Shown here in pieces: positions 13,392-26,565 of a stretch of DNA of 64,000 nt. The notes beneath the pieces are model-generated. The model was not told the origin of the DNA. It did no database searches and saw only the letters and a list, made by a program, of their open reading frames with translations. The DNA comes from Octopus sinensis. Its lineage: Eukaryota. Location: assembly GCF_006345805.1 (NCBI RefSeq), contig NC_043004.1:104594001-104658000 (forward strand), read 5' to 3'. Position 1 is the first letter of the stretch. Every line of letters begins with the position of its first letter. The translations under genes and the position numbers were made by a program.

Positions 13392-14083
13392 TGCAAGTAT
13401 TATCTGTATATTCATACAATATAACTACCGTGGGAAAGCGACTTTCGAAATACCGGTCACGTGCGAGTCGGGATTTTTCTGAGATTTTTTTATTCCAGAA
13501 TTTTCCATCATTTTATAGTTATCTACATTTAAAAATCTTTGTGGGGTAAACTTCTAAATGGAAGGCAAATTTAATCCAGGTCTTTTAACCGCCTGCCATT
13601 CCACATCGTACCTTCGTATGAATCGGGATTCCTCTGGGGGTTCCCCCCATCCCGGAATTTTCCCTCTTTTTATAATTACCCACATTTTAAAATCTTTGGG
13701 GATGAACTTCTAAAAGAAGTTTAATCCATGTTTTTTTAACTGCCTGCCACCCCACCCCCCATTGTGCCTTCGGAACACCCTAATAAAATTATCGTTCTTT
13801 CTTTTTCGCTTCCTTATTTTTTATGTTGAAGCATTCAACAGCGGACTTTTTGAAAAGCCATCACACATAAATCAGAATTTCCCAGGGAAATTTTTCGGGA
13901 TTTTTCCGCGTTTTGTAGAAACCCACTATAATTTCCAAAAGTCTTACTCTTTTACTTGTTTCAGTCATTTGACTGTGGCCATGCTGGAGCACCGCCTTTA
14001 GTCGAGCAAATCGACACCAGGACTTATTCTTTGTAAGCCTAGTACTTATTCTATCGGTCTCATTTGCTGAACACAGACAGACA

Positions 14084-14143
<60 letters not shown>

Positions 14144-14144
<1 letters not shown>

Positions 14145-14655
14145 CTATATATATAAAACTGTAGTTGTGTGAGTGTCTGTCCCCTTCGATTTAGATTCCT
14201 AACTACTCCCACATTTTGCGGTGCAGTTTAACCAAATTCGGATATCTTATAGTCGTGATTCATATCGAGCCCGTCTGAGTATTAGCGCGCGTCTACGATG
14301 AGTCTACGATTTTAAAAATAATTTAACATAATTTTTATTCCATTTTAATGCATAATTTTTCGTGTGTCGATGGCGGCGGAGTTGGCGTCCATGGTCACAC
14401 CTGCCTTTGTTTGCTTCTCCCCCTTCTTCCCTCCCTCGTGAAGCTGTGGGGAAGGGAGTGTAAAGAAATCAACGTCGTAAAGCGTTGTCAACGTGACCAG
14501 CTTTCTTTTAGAACAACGACTTCATGGCTTGAAAACACCAAAACAGAAATGGCTAAGAAAGCCCGAATTGGCATCTATAAGGGAAGTAACTCTCTAAAAA
14601 TGCTTATATAGTTATTTCCCTTACAAACCCGAGCAACGCCGGGCGATACTGCTAG
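14144..14655 (+). mobile_element. Non-autonomous Helitron (512 bp) nested in the microsatellite of a family-B SINE
   Basis: 5' TC(TATATATATAAAA), 3' CTAG at 14652-14655, subterminal hairpin CCCGAGCAACGCCGGG (14628-14643), inserted between A and T. The SINE halves lie at ~13950-14075 and ~14690-14850. Confidence 0.8.
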
Positions 14656-14687
<32 letters not shown>

Positions 14688-15009
14688 TACGAAGGGCTTC
14701 TTTCAGTTTCCGTCTGCCAAATCCACTCACAAGGATTTGGTCGGCCCGAGGCTATAGTAGAAGACACTCGCCCAAGGTGCCACGCAGTGGGACTGAACCC
14801 GGAACCATGTGGTTGGTAAGCAAGCTACTTACCACACAGCCACTCCTACTCTTGTTCAACACTTCCACCTTATCGTACCTTCGAAACAGTAACCACCACT
14901 AACATTATTATCCGGGGTTGATAAGTACCAGTTGAGCACTGGGGTCGGCTAAAATCCCTCCCCATCAAATTTCTGGCCCTGTGCCTATAGTAGATATGAT
15001 GATGATTAC

Positions 15010-15775
15010 TAGGTGGAGCTCAGTTTGAATTTTCTTCGGGTTGAGTATTCCATTCCGCTCAAAGGGTCCATGAGTAAGGATTGTTTAAGGATGATGAACG
15101 AAACACCCATATTTCCAGAGGTGAATTATTCAAACTCCAAATAAGTCCTCTCAACACATGGCTACGGTGCTTCCCCACTACTCCTGCTCGTGATCAGAGA
15201 TGCACATACTGTAAACCGCTATGGGACATGCTCAGATGGCGAAGGTCAAGCACGTGACAAGCAAATCCTCGGTATTGAGCAGAGTATTTACTGTAGACCA
15301 ATTTTTTTTACACCAAAACAAAATATATTAACACTTCCACTCAGTTAAGATCAGAAGCCATGGGAGTCATTGCCTGGTACTGCATGAGGGCATTGTTTCT
15401 ATTATTAGATTTTACTTACCAGAGCTTTCAATCTTACTCGTTCTAGATAATTCTGTGAAGCAGAAGATTATAAGATTTGGTACTTATGCGTTAAGTTGCA
15501 TGGAAGATACTCAACACCCAAGCACCAATCTCAAAATCCTAGCTGTCCCCAATAGAACAATTTTGGGTGCATGCTCTGCTATCATGTCAATTCCAATTTC
15601 TCTGACATATTCCTCGAACTTGGTTGTTAGTGTCCCCAATGCCCCTACAACTGCTGAGATAAAAGCCACTCTATTTATCCCACGTTCTTGAAATTTTATC
15701 TTTTAGTAGTTTGTATTTTCCCACTTTTTCCAGCTCGTCTTCTAGTAGTTCGTATTTTCCAACCTTTTCTAGCTA
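15010..15775 (-). mobile_element. R4/Dong-clade LINE 3' fragment (RLE C-terminus and 3'UTR), family 1
   Basis: Minus translation ends HAPKIVLLGTARILRLVLG. The 3'UTR is homologous to 17732-18238, and the 5' junction abuts a (TTA/TTG)n tract. Confidence 0.75.
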
Positions 15776-15819
15776 TATTGTTATTGTTATTATTATTATT
15801 GTTGTTGTTGTTGTTGTTT

Positions 15820-17282
15820 ACTTTTAATCAGCATATTCAATGCAATCCCTTGCCGGGGCTCACCCAGCGCCCTAGGGCAAGTGAAGGTTAACAGATGTTG
15901 AAATATAGCTGAAAGCTTCGCGAGGGGAAGTGGCGAGGGCAATAGAGAAATATGTTCATGTAGTACAACACAAGTATTTAAATTGATAAGGTTTTTCTAA
16001 GGATGTGTCGGTACTTAGCACAATCTTTTGGATTTCCTTGGAACATGGTTCTCCTGGGATGTTGTCTTAATGTTTCTGACACCCTTTTTTTATAATTAGA
16101 GCACCTGCAATTACAGGAACAGTTTTTGCTTTAAGATTCCACATCTTTTGTATTTCAATTTCTAGGTCCTTATATTTATTAAGTTTGTCAAACTCCTTTG
16201 CAGGTATGATTTTATCAGTGGGAACACTTACATCTTTTAGTCTGCGAGTATTTTCTTCCTTGTCTTTAATAATTATGTCTGGTCAATAACTTGGATCGTT
16301 CTGTCAGTGTTGACTGGAAAATCCCAGAAGACTGATATTTTAACCTTCAATATCTGGCTCAGGATGACGTTCATACCAGTAAGCAAGGGTACCGATTTTT
16401 GTAGTATTTACACATTTTCCAATGTACACACTGTCCTACCCTATCGTGGCGATTTTTGCATTTGATTTGTGTCAGCACAGGACATTCGGAAACGATGTGG
16501 TCTATTGTTTCGTCGAATGTGCCATTTTGGAGAACGTTAGCCTGGTAATTTCTAATAAGCAAGCTTTGATCTAGCGCTGCTAGTATAAAGCCTTCAGTCT
16601 CTACTTTCAGTCCTTAACTTCTCAGCCACTGATGGGTTGTTCCTTGGTCAACATCAGCATTTTAGCTTCAGAGAATGTGTTGTCCATGCAGGGGCTTCTG
16701 GCTCCAAAGCTTCCTAGTTTGTTTCTGCCCGTTCTTTTACGAAGTCTGCTTGATTCGTTTTGGTTGCTTGGTATCAGTAGATTCAGTCTCGTCATCTAAT
16801 TCATAGTTGATGCCAAGTTACCTTTTGAACTTATAAGCTTCTTTCACAATAGGGTGTGGCTTTTTGCTGCTTTCATGCTCGCCCACAAGTCGCAGCATCT
16901 GGTCCTCTGTACTAGATAAGTACCTCTTTATTCCTTGCATCATTCTTCTTCCCCCACTGGTACAGATGGTCTATGTCTGCCTTAGGGTGGTGCATGTTCT
17001 TGGATGTCAATAAATTTCTTGTCTTCTTGTCCAGGCGTTGGAGTTCCGTAGGATGCCAGTTAATGATGTTAAAACTGTACTGGATTACTGTAAGTGTTCG
17101 GGTGTGAATGGTTTCGATGCGACTTTTCAAGTTGACTTCAGTCTTCAGTACAAGTCTTATTCTCCTACAGTAATCCATTCTTACTTTTTTCCTTCATAGT
17201 AGCATCTCCTTCGTTTATTCCAATGTATTTATAATTGTCTTGTGGGTCAAGTTCCTCGATGGTAATGTTGATATCTAATTCA
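15820..17282 (-). mobile_element. R4/Dong-clade LINE remnant (RT thumb, CCHC, RLE), family 2
   Basis: ORF 16912-17178 (YCRRIRLVLKTEVN...QRLDKKTRNLLTSKNMHHPKADIDHLY) and ORF 16371-16562 (ETIDHIVSECPVL...RHDRVGQCVHWKMCK). The 3' end runs into (CAA/TAA)n at ~15780-15820; the 5' end is interrupted by a SINE. Confidence 0.85.
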
Positions 17283-17672
17283 ATGGAAGCCGTGTCTGAG
17301 CTTGCCACTTACAAAAATTTCCTTAGCACACCTATCGAGGCCAGAATCGTTAGCATGCCGGGCAATATGCTTAGCGGTATTTTGCCCGTTGCTAAGTCCT
17401 GAGTTCAAATTCCACCGAGGTCGACTTTGCCTTTCATCTTGTTGGGGTCGATAAATTAAGTACCAGTGAAACACTGAGGTCGATCTAATCGACTAGTCTC
17501 CTCCCCCAAAATTTCAAGGCCTTGTGCCTTCAGTAGAAAGGATTATTGTTATTATTCCTCATGTTAAGTATCCCACATTTTGAAACACTGCATTTTTAAA
17601 GAGAAAAAAAATTCATACCCCATCCCCATTTCATAGAACTTTTCTCGATTAAAATGACTTTTTTCTTTTTTA

Positions 17673-17731
<59 letters not shown>

Positions 17732-18237
17732 GAGTAAGAGAGCGGTGTATGCCATCAAAGTGACACTGGGGTAAAATATACGAAGCCCAGTATACCCATC
17801 GTGACTACCCGTTTGTTAAAGGTACACTAGGCACATGCATCACAACCATAATTGCGCGACATGGTGATCTTATATCAAGATAAACAGCTCATGACCTTGC
17901 AGGTAGGGCCCAATTAGAATTTTCTTCTGGTCGAGTAACCCATCCCGTTCAAAAGGTCCCTGAATAAGGGTTGTTTAAGGATGTTGAACGAAACACCCAT
18001 GTTTCCAGAGGTGAATTATTCAAACCCCAAAGAATCCCTCTCAACACATGGCTATGATGCTCCCCCACTACTTCTGCTCGTGATCAGAGATGCACATATC
18101 GTCAGCCACTAAGGGACATGCTCTATTGGTTAAAGTCAAACAACTGACAAGCAAATCTGTGGTATTGAACAGAATATTTGCTATAACCCATGTTTTATAC
18201 CAAGACAAAACAATGTACATGATAACACTTCCAATCA

Positions 18238-18238
<1 letters not shown>
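17732..18238 (-). mobile_element. R4/Dong family 1 3'UTR copy flanked by (TTA)n on both sides
   Basis: Homologous to 15040-15345; (TTA)n at ~17680-17731 and ~18239-18270. Confidence 0.7.
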
Positions 18239-18270
<32 letters not shown>

Positions 18271-18458
18271 TGTCATTTTATAGCATTCCACATCCTGAAA
18301 TACTTCTGATAGAAATACCCCACCCCCGCCAAAATCCTAACAAAAAACCGAGAAATTCGGGAAGTTCGCGTAACTGACAAAACATAAAATACCAACCACT
18401 TGTGGTTTGCTCTTGTTTAAACTCATATTTGCTCTGATCGAGCAAGCAGGCCTACAAT

Positions 18459-18630
18459 CACAAGCGTAGCTAGAGTGTGTGTCGCCCGGGGCGGCCCTTC
18501 CATTCGCCGCCCTCGGACCCCACAAAAAACACATATTGCCTACAACAAACCCAAAAGTGCCGCCCCTTTAAAAGTGCTGCTCGGGGCGGACCGCCCCTAT
18601 CGTTCCATCCTCACCCCAGCTACGCTAGTG
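18459..18630. mobile_element. Short hAT-like MITE (172 bp)
   Basis: TIRs CACAAGCGTAGCTAG / (rc) CACTAGCGTAGCTGG (13/15); flanks CCTACAAT / CCCGCAAT (6/8 TSD). Confidence 0.6.
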
Positions 18631-20231
18631 CCCGCAATGATCAAAAGCATTCCAGGCGTGACCATCCCGTATTCCCCCACCTCACTCCAAGCACAATCTG
18701 TAAAGCTATATTAAATTACGCGATTTTATATTTCTAAAACTGTACGATATAATTTGAGAGCTATCTGGCTGCTATTTCTAGCAGATCGAGCTACCACGCA
18801 GATGCTACCAACGGTCGAAGCGTTCGGTGATATTCTCGATAATCGCTTCACAAACTACAAAGAAACGCATTAATGTTTGATTTCGTGGTAGTTCGATGTG
18901 TATGTGTGTGTGTGTGTATGCGTGTGTGTGTGAGTGTGTGCGTGCGTGTGTGTGTATGTGTGTGTGTGTGTGTGAGTGTGTGCGTGCGTTTGTGTGTATG
19001 TGTGTGTGTGTGTGTGTGTTTTCTTTTAGCTAAAACTAATTCTCAACCATTTTTTTACCGATCAAAGAGATTCCTGTTTTTCTCTACGGAATCCCCATAA
19101 GGCATTCGATGTTTTTTTTTTTAGATCCTATTGTATTTTACTCTTTTATTCTTTTACTTGTTTCTGACTGTGGCCATGCTGGAGCACTGTTTTTTTTAAT
19201 CAAAGAAATCAACCCTAGGACTAAAAAAATCCCGTCGCATATACAAGTGTATATATACACACATACATATATACATATATATATGAATGCGTGTGTGTGT
19301 GTTTGTGTGTCTGTGTTTGTCTCCACCCAACATCGCTTGCCAACCGATGCTGGTGTGTTTACGCTCCCGTTACTTAGCGGTTCGGCAAAAGAGGCCGATA
19401 GAATAAGTACTAAGCTTACAAAGAATAAGTCCTGGGATCGATTTGGTCGACTAAAGGCGGCTGCTCCAGCATGGCCGCAGTCAAATGACTGAAACAAGTG
19501 AAATAGTAAAAAAAAAGAGTATGTATGTATGTGCGCGTGTTTGTGCTTGTCCCTATCACCACTTGATAACAACTGTTGGTTTGTTTACGTCTCCATAACA
19601 TAGTTCAGCACAAGAGATCGATAGTATAACTATGTACTGGGGTCGATTTGTTCGATTAAGTCCTTCAAGGCAGTGCCCCAGCATGGCCGCAGTCCAATGA
19701 CTGAAGTAAAAGATAAAAGATGTGTGTGTATGTGTGTGTGTTTCTTTGTATGTTTATTTCGTTTCTTCTATATAACATGAATGCGGATGTGTTTGTATTT
19801 ATTTGATCGAATGCGTCTCAGTTCCTCTGTCTGCGTGTTGTGTCTGTGTGTTGTGTCTGTGTGTTCGTTCACCTTTCGTTCAACAACAACTGACTCAAGT
19901 GTCAAGTAACATGTTTATATATCCGTGTTGGTCGATTACTACTACTACAGCAATACGTGTGTGTGTTTTCTATTCCACCGGTCTCTCTCTCTCTCTCTGT
20001 TTCTTGTCTCAATCATTGGACTGTGACAACGCTGGGACACTGCCCTGAAGGCAAACAAATCGGTCATTGTACTTATTTCTTTAGTCTATCGGTCTCATCT
20101 TCTTTTATTCTTTATTTCAGTCATCTGACTGCGACCATGCTGGAGCACTGCCTTATCTGTACAGTTTTTTTTTTTACTCAAACATATGTGCACAGAATAT
20201 TTGTACTTTTACTAATGTGTGAGTGTGCGTA

Positions 20232-20283
<52 letters not shown>

Positions 20284-20482
20284 TACGCACACTCACACAC
20301 AATAGCTAAATTCTTTGGCTGCTATTTCTAAAAGTTCGGTGTGTGGTAAAGTAAATTTTTTTGCTGAACCCTAATTATATAAAGTAATGTTTTAAATATA
20401 CCGTAAATGGTCCTTTTACATACTGAACACTGCTTGTTAAAATTATTAATTACTAATTAATTAATTTTACCCTTATTATTAT

Positions 20483-20534
<52 letters not shown>

Positions 20535-23398
20535 TTATGTATTTATATATGTAAATGTATAGATGTGCGTATGCCCCAAATATATTTGAAATAACCTTGT
20601 ATATATATATTCATATATAGAGCAGTGTTGGTTTGTTTGTGTCCAATAACTTAGTGGGTTAGCTAAAGCCCCTCAGTATAAATTAAGTACCAGGAAGCAT
20701 TTGGATCGATTTGCACGACTAATCAGTGATTAATTTTCAACCGTTTTTTTTTTTTTCCTATGGACCCCTTTGATTCTCATTTTATCTACTGGGGCCTTCA
20801 TAGTCATTCGATGTTTAAATATTGTATTTTATAATTATATATTAAGAACTATACAACCCCCTCCCAGTTCTAATGTCCTATTTCTTGTAGAAGTATACAA
20901 CTTTATTGCACGTAAAGCTTTAACAAAATCCTGTATGTATCCCCAAGGGTTGTATGTACCCCGGTTGAGAATCATTAGACTAACCCTTTCAAGGCGGTAT
21001 CCCGGCATGACTTGTTGTGACCCCCTTCGGTCATGAAGGGCCATGGACTTGCACATAGAAAGTTACCCTCCCAGGCACAAGTCCTGGCAAGGTTGTTCAT
21101 GGAAGACCAGCAGTCGCCCATGCCTACCAGCCTCCCCTCTCCATGCCACCGATGTTATCCAAGGGAAAGGCAAAGGCCGATACAGCTTGGCACGTGTACC
21201 CTTAACGTAGTTCTCGGGGGGATTCAGCGTGACAAGGTTGGGCCTTTGAAATATACGTACAACAGAAACAGGAAGAAAGAGTGAGAGAAAGTTGTGGTGA
21301 AAGAGTACAGCAGGGTTCACCACCCTTGTGGAGCTTTTAGGTGTTTTCGCTCAATAAACACTCCCAATGCTCGGTCTGGGATTGGAAACCGCGATCCTAT
21401 GACCGCGTGTCCGCTGTCCTAGCCACTGGGCGTCCACTCTGGCATGACTACAGTCTAATGAATTAAACGAGTAAAAGACACACGTATGTATGTAATTCTT
21501 AAGTGTGTGTGTCTATGTGTTTCGTAAGCAAGCGTATTTCACTGAAGATACGAGCGTGTGTTTGCATGTATGTGTACGCCTTTGTGTTAATATGTATGCA
21601 TGCGTTGGACATATGTTAAAACATGTGTCCATGTAGGATTGTGTAAGCATGTACAAAGATTGTGTTTTATTGAGTAAGCTTGTTTTTTTTGTATCAGCAT
21701 GTGTGTGTGTGTGTGTGTGTATGAATGCCGCTTATTAAATATGTATATGAGCGTAAATTATTATTGATTGTTAATGAGTTTTCATTTTTCTCTCATTCAA
21801 AGAAAACTAGATTAATTGCCCAAACAAAAAGAAATATAACGCTAATAAACATAACTTAATGGTGTTATCGTCGTCGTTGCTGCGGTAAGTGGAGGTGGGT
21901 AGTGAAATGGTGGGGATAATACTAGCAGACCTGTGATCAAAGCCATTCCAACCGTGACCATACCAGCTTTCCCCTATGTGCAGAGGACTCTGGACCACGT
22001 TTTTCTTTTGTAAGTCGGTGGGAGTCCGATTTCAGTGAGACAGAGCAGCTGCTTTTAGCATGTTGGGCGAGCACACAGCAGCAGGGTTTGGAAACCTTTT
22101 TCTAAACCAGGGAAGCAATGCAAGCCCCTAAGAACCGAAAGCAAGGAGAGCATCGGGCCAGGGAAGCATTGCAAGCCCCTAAGAACCGGAAGCAAGGAGA
22201 GCATCGGCCCAGAGAAAATTAAAGATACTTAATTCTAAAAATTTATTGGTATGCAAATTTGTATTAAATTGTTATGGTATTTTAGAGACTTCATCGGCGG
22301 GGGTGGTGGTGTTCAAAGTTGAAATTGGGGGCTTCGTCGTAGCTTTCAGGTTATGCGCATTCTATGAAAAGATGCGAATTGTCGAGTTTACTTCTCTGAA
22401 GAAGTGAAGGTGAAGAGTGCTTTCTCCTCAACTTTCTAACTTCACCTCTCGACACGACACGTAACCAACAAACGGCCAAACTTCAATTCTTCATTTTACA
22501 CATTTTATTAACATTCCAAAGTTTGTTTTGATTGTCAATGAGGAAGTAAAAAGGAGAGAGAGAGAGAGAATGCAGAGGTAATAATGTTCTCATAGAACCT
22601 GGGTGTGATAGCGTTTGTCGTGTGTTGAGTGTCACGGTGAATGTGTGAGTGTATGTGTGGTATATGTGTATGAGGTGTCAAAGAGTATAGTATGCCTGAG
22701 AAATCATGTTTTTCAGAGAGATAGTGTGAATGCTTGAAGAGATCCTCTCTCTTTCTTTGTGAGTGGTGTGTGCGTGTGAGTGTGTGTGTGTGCGTGTGTG
22801 TATGTATGTATGTGTGTGTGTGTGTGCAAGGACATGACAGTTGTAATCAGCCATCTGTTGAGAGAACCTACAATACAATAAGTATAAACTAAGTAATACT
22901 AATATAACGAGAAGTGTTATGTACAGTGATTTCAAAGGAAGAGAAAAAGAGGGTGGAGATAAGCGGAGGAAACTCGATACATTCCTTTCTAAGGACATTA
23001 TCATATTAAGATCCGGAATCCAAGGAAGCAGGTTGCGGTTCTGTGTCGGCAAAATTTAATCCATAAAAACGTTTATAGATGGAAATAATTCGAATGAGTT
23101 GGTTTGCCGTGAGAAATAAAAAATCCAGCGTTCTATTTACATACATGCATACATGTGCGTGTGTGTGTGTGTGTGTATGTATGTATGTGTTTGTGTGTGT
23201 GTGAGTGCGCATGTATGTATATATATATATATATATAAATAAATAAATATTTATCTATATAAAAAACACACAAATTTCCACACAAGAACCCGGAGTTTCT
23301 ACCCTTGACAGGTCGCTTCAACCGTGTTTTCTGACGTGAATTTGCTACCCAGGTATCGGTTAAACGAACTTTCCATGCTAAGATAATTCATTCACCTA

Positions 23399-23448
<50 letters not shown>

Positions 23449-23660
23449 TTATTGACATAAAGCAATCGCTGACAAAGAGCTGCTGCAGCGAAACTGTGTC
23501 AGCGACCGGGCAGGCCACAGCCAGTGCAATAATTAAAATCTTGATACCCTTAAGAAATATATGAGAAATGAATTTAACTCTGTGTGTGCGTGTTCGCGTT
23601 TAAATGCCGGTTTAAAAGGTTTTCCAAATGTTTCAAATCAAATCACCCCTCTCTCTGTTT

Positions 23661-23767
<107 letters not shown>

Positions 23768-23925
23768 CATATATACTTATATAGCTATAGATACGTGTGT
23801 GTGTATGAAAAAGCACAACTGTCCGAAACGTATATTTCACGCGTTACAGTATCCCATCTAGCTGTATTATCATTATAACTACTACTACTACTACTACTAT
23901 TACTACTACTACTACCACCACTACT

Positions 23926-23958
<33 letters not shown>

Positions 23959-23978
23959 CACCACACCACCACCACCAC

Positions 23979-24053
<75 letters not shown>

Positions 24054-24342
24054 TCATAATTCATTTGCGAATTTGTATCCTCAGTGCCACAGATCGTGAT
24101 GCTATTAAGGTCATTAAACTCAGTGCATAAGCGTGTAAGGCTTGCAGATAGGTACCACATAAGATGTACCACATAAGATGTACACTTTACGTAAAGCATT
24201 GAAACTTGTTTTCTTATTCAGACAAGCGCAAGATCACAGATTGTTGTTGTTGTTGTTGTTGTTGTTGTTTGTGGTGGTGGTGGTATTGCTACTGCTACTG
24301 CTGCTGCTGTATAGCCCCAAGTTAGTTTTGACCCAAACAAAC

Positions 24343-24519
24343 CAGGAGCGGACCCAAAGTGTGTGTATGTATGGGGGGGAGAGCTGTGGGACACGTCCTT
24401 CCCTCAAGCAAAGAAGTGCACAGTTCTAAATAATATTATTACACCCCTTTCTCCTGAAATTGTATTCCCTTCTCACCTTGTGCCCTCTCTTCGAAAAATT
24501 CCTGGGACCCGACCTGTAT
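24343..24519. mobile_element. Short MITE-like repeat (second copy at ~7035-7190)
   Basis: Termini CAGGAGCGGACCC / GGGACCCGACCTG. The shared internal sequence CCCTCAAG..AAGAAGTGC..TTCTAAATAAT..TTGTATTCCCTTCT.ACCTTGTGCCCT is present in both copies. Confidence 0.55.
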
Positions 24520-26096
24520 TGCGTGCTCGGCAGGGAAGTCTTTGAGATTTGACTGCTATTTCCAGCAAGCGGGTGACCACATACAGGTTCTCCTGCTGGC
24601 TCTCAAGAGCAAATATTATTTCGCTCTTCTCTCTCTCTCGATTATGTAATTGTCTTCTTTAGTTCCGTGATGTACTTACACACACACACTTTACCCATAC
24701 AAGCATTTGATGTAGTCATATGCATGATCCTACACATACTCGTATATGTATACCCTCTTACTGGTATTTAGATGTGCATGCAAAAATATATACCTGTTTA
24801 AACACATACAGGTGTGTTGTACGTAGTTGTCCTCATGCAAACATCACAACAGACATAACCAGCGAAACGCTCATAGTATGTGTATATTATAAACACACAC
24901 GCACACACACATGCATACACATATACGCAGGTAGACACACACACACATTAATATACATACATATTAATAAGCATTATATATATATTTCTTTACTACCCAC
25001 AAGGGGATAAACACAGAGGGGACAAACAAGGACAGACAAACGGATTAAGTCGATTACATCGACCCAGTGCGTAACTGGTACTTAATTTATCGACTCCGAA
25101 AGGATGAAAGGCAAAGTCGAAGACTTAGTTACAACACATACATAGGATAATAGGTGCAGTAAATAAACATTGCACACACGCAAACGTGTCCGAACACAGT
25201 TCACACGAGTTTTTCTAATGTTATTTATACAAACGCAAAATAGCTTCGAAGAGGTTATGCAATAATACACACACACACATTTTATCATTGTTTACCTATG
25301 GATGTTTTTCAGTATCTGTATGCGGGAAAGACAGAGAAAGAGAATGTTTTTGAGAGATAGAGAGATAAAGAATGTGTGTGTGAGAGAGAAAGAGAGAGAG
25401 AGTGAAAGGGAGAAAGAGAGAGAGAGGGAGAGAGAGAGAGAGAGGGAGAGAGAGAGAGAGAAAGAGTAAAAGAGTCTGTGTGTGTGTGTGTGTTTTTTTT
25501 TTTGCGTGTGTGCAAACACGTGGATAGCTTGTTTGGTTTTACGGTATTTCCATAACTTTCAAGGAAAATTCTAATGTTTCGTAAAGTTTTTAAACTGAAA
25601 TCTCTTATGATATATCTGATAAACACTGTATTATGATTTTAGTGATTAGACTTTTTAATAATTGTTTAAAGTTTTTTTCCGTCGCACAATCCAAGTGTAC
25701 GTGTGTGTGTGTGTGTGTGACAGTGCATGTATAGGTATGTTTGCACATACGTATACGTGCACAAATATACGTGTAAATGTATGTGTAGTGTTTATATTTC
25801 TGCACACACGCACACAAACAAACGTGTGTGTGTATGTTCGTTTTAGTATAGAAATATCGGAGACAAGACCCTAAAATAAACGATTTGTGGAGTATTCAGC
25901 GTGCAATGCACACACGCACACACATACACATGCATACATTCGTACATACATACATACATAAACGATTTAGAGAATTAGGCGAGTGCTCTCTGCTAGTTTT
26001 TAAACAAAGGACAGGGGTTATTTGATGAATCAAAAGCAAAACAATATCACGTGAAGTGGGGAGCCAGTTTTGCAAACAAACATCATAAAACCAATA

Positions 26097-26565
26097 AATA
26101 TAGGTTAATATATAGTTTAACTCCTGGTCACAACCCCCCCCCCCCACTAGTTTAATTGGTGTAAAAGAAAAAATGTGCAGAGGACGAATATGAAAACAAA
26201 TATTTGCGCAAACGAATGCGGGTGAGGAGAGGGCTTTCGGAAAATTCCCAAGCTCCAATTTTTCCTTCATAACTTTCAGGAAAATGGATGTATATTAATG
26301 AAATTTTATGGAAATACCGCACCAATGGCATAGATTATGACTATAAAGAAATTTGCGGGGAAAATGTTTTCCGAAGGGATGGGGAGAGGATTTCGGAAAA
26401 TCGGACCTTGTGAACTTCCCGAAAGTCCTCTCCTCAAACCCCGTTCGCTAGTGCAATTTTTTGTTTTCATAGTCGTTCTCTACACATTTTTTTACATCTA
26501 TTAACTAGAGTGTTTTTTTGTGTTTTTTGGGTGACCGGGAGTTAAACTATATGTAACTTAAATAT
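26097..26565. repeat. Foldback element: ~155-bp inverted arms (26097-26252 / 26407-26565)
   Basis: ATAGTTTAACTCCTGGTCAC...GAGGAGAGGGCTTTCGGAAAATTCCCAAG matches the reverse complement of CTTGTGAACTTCCCGAAAGTCCTCTCCTC...GTGACCGGGAGTTAAACTAT. Confidence 0.8.
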
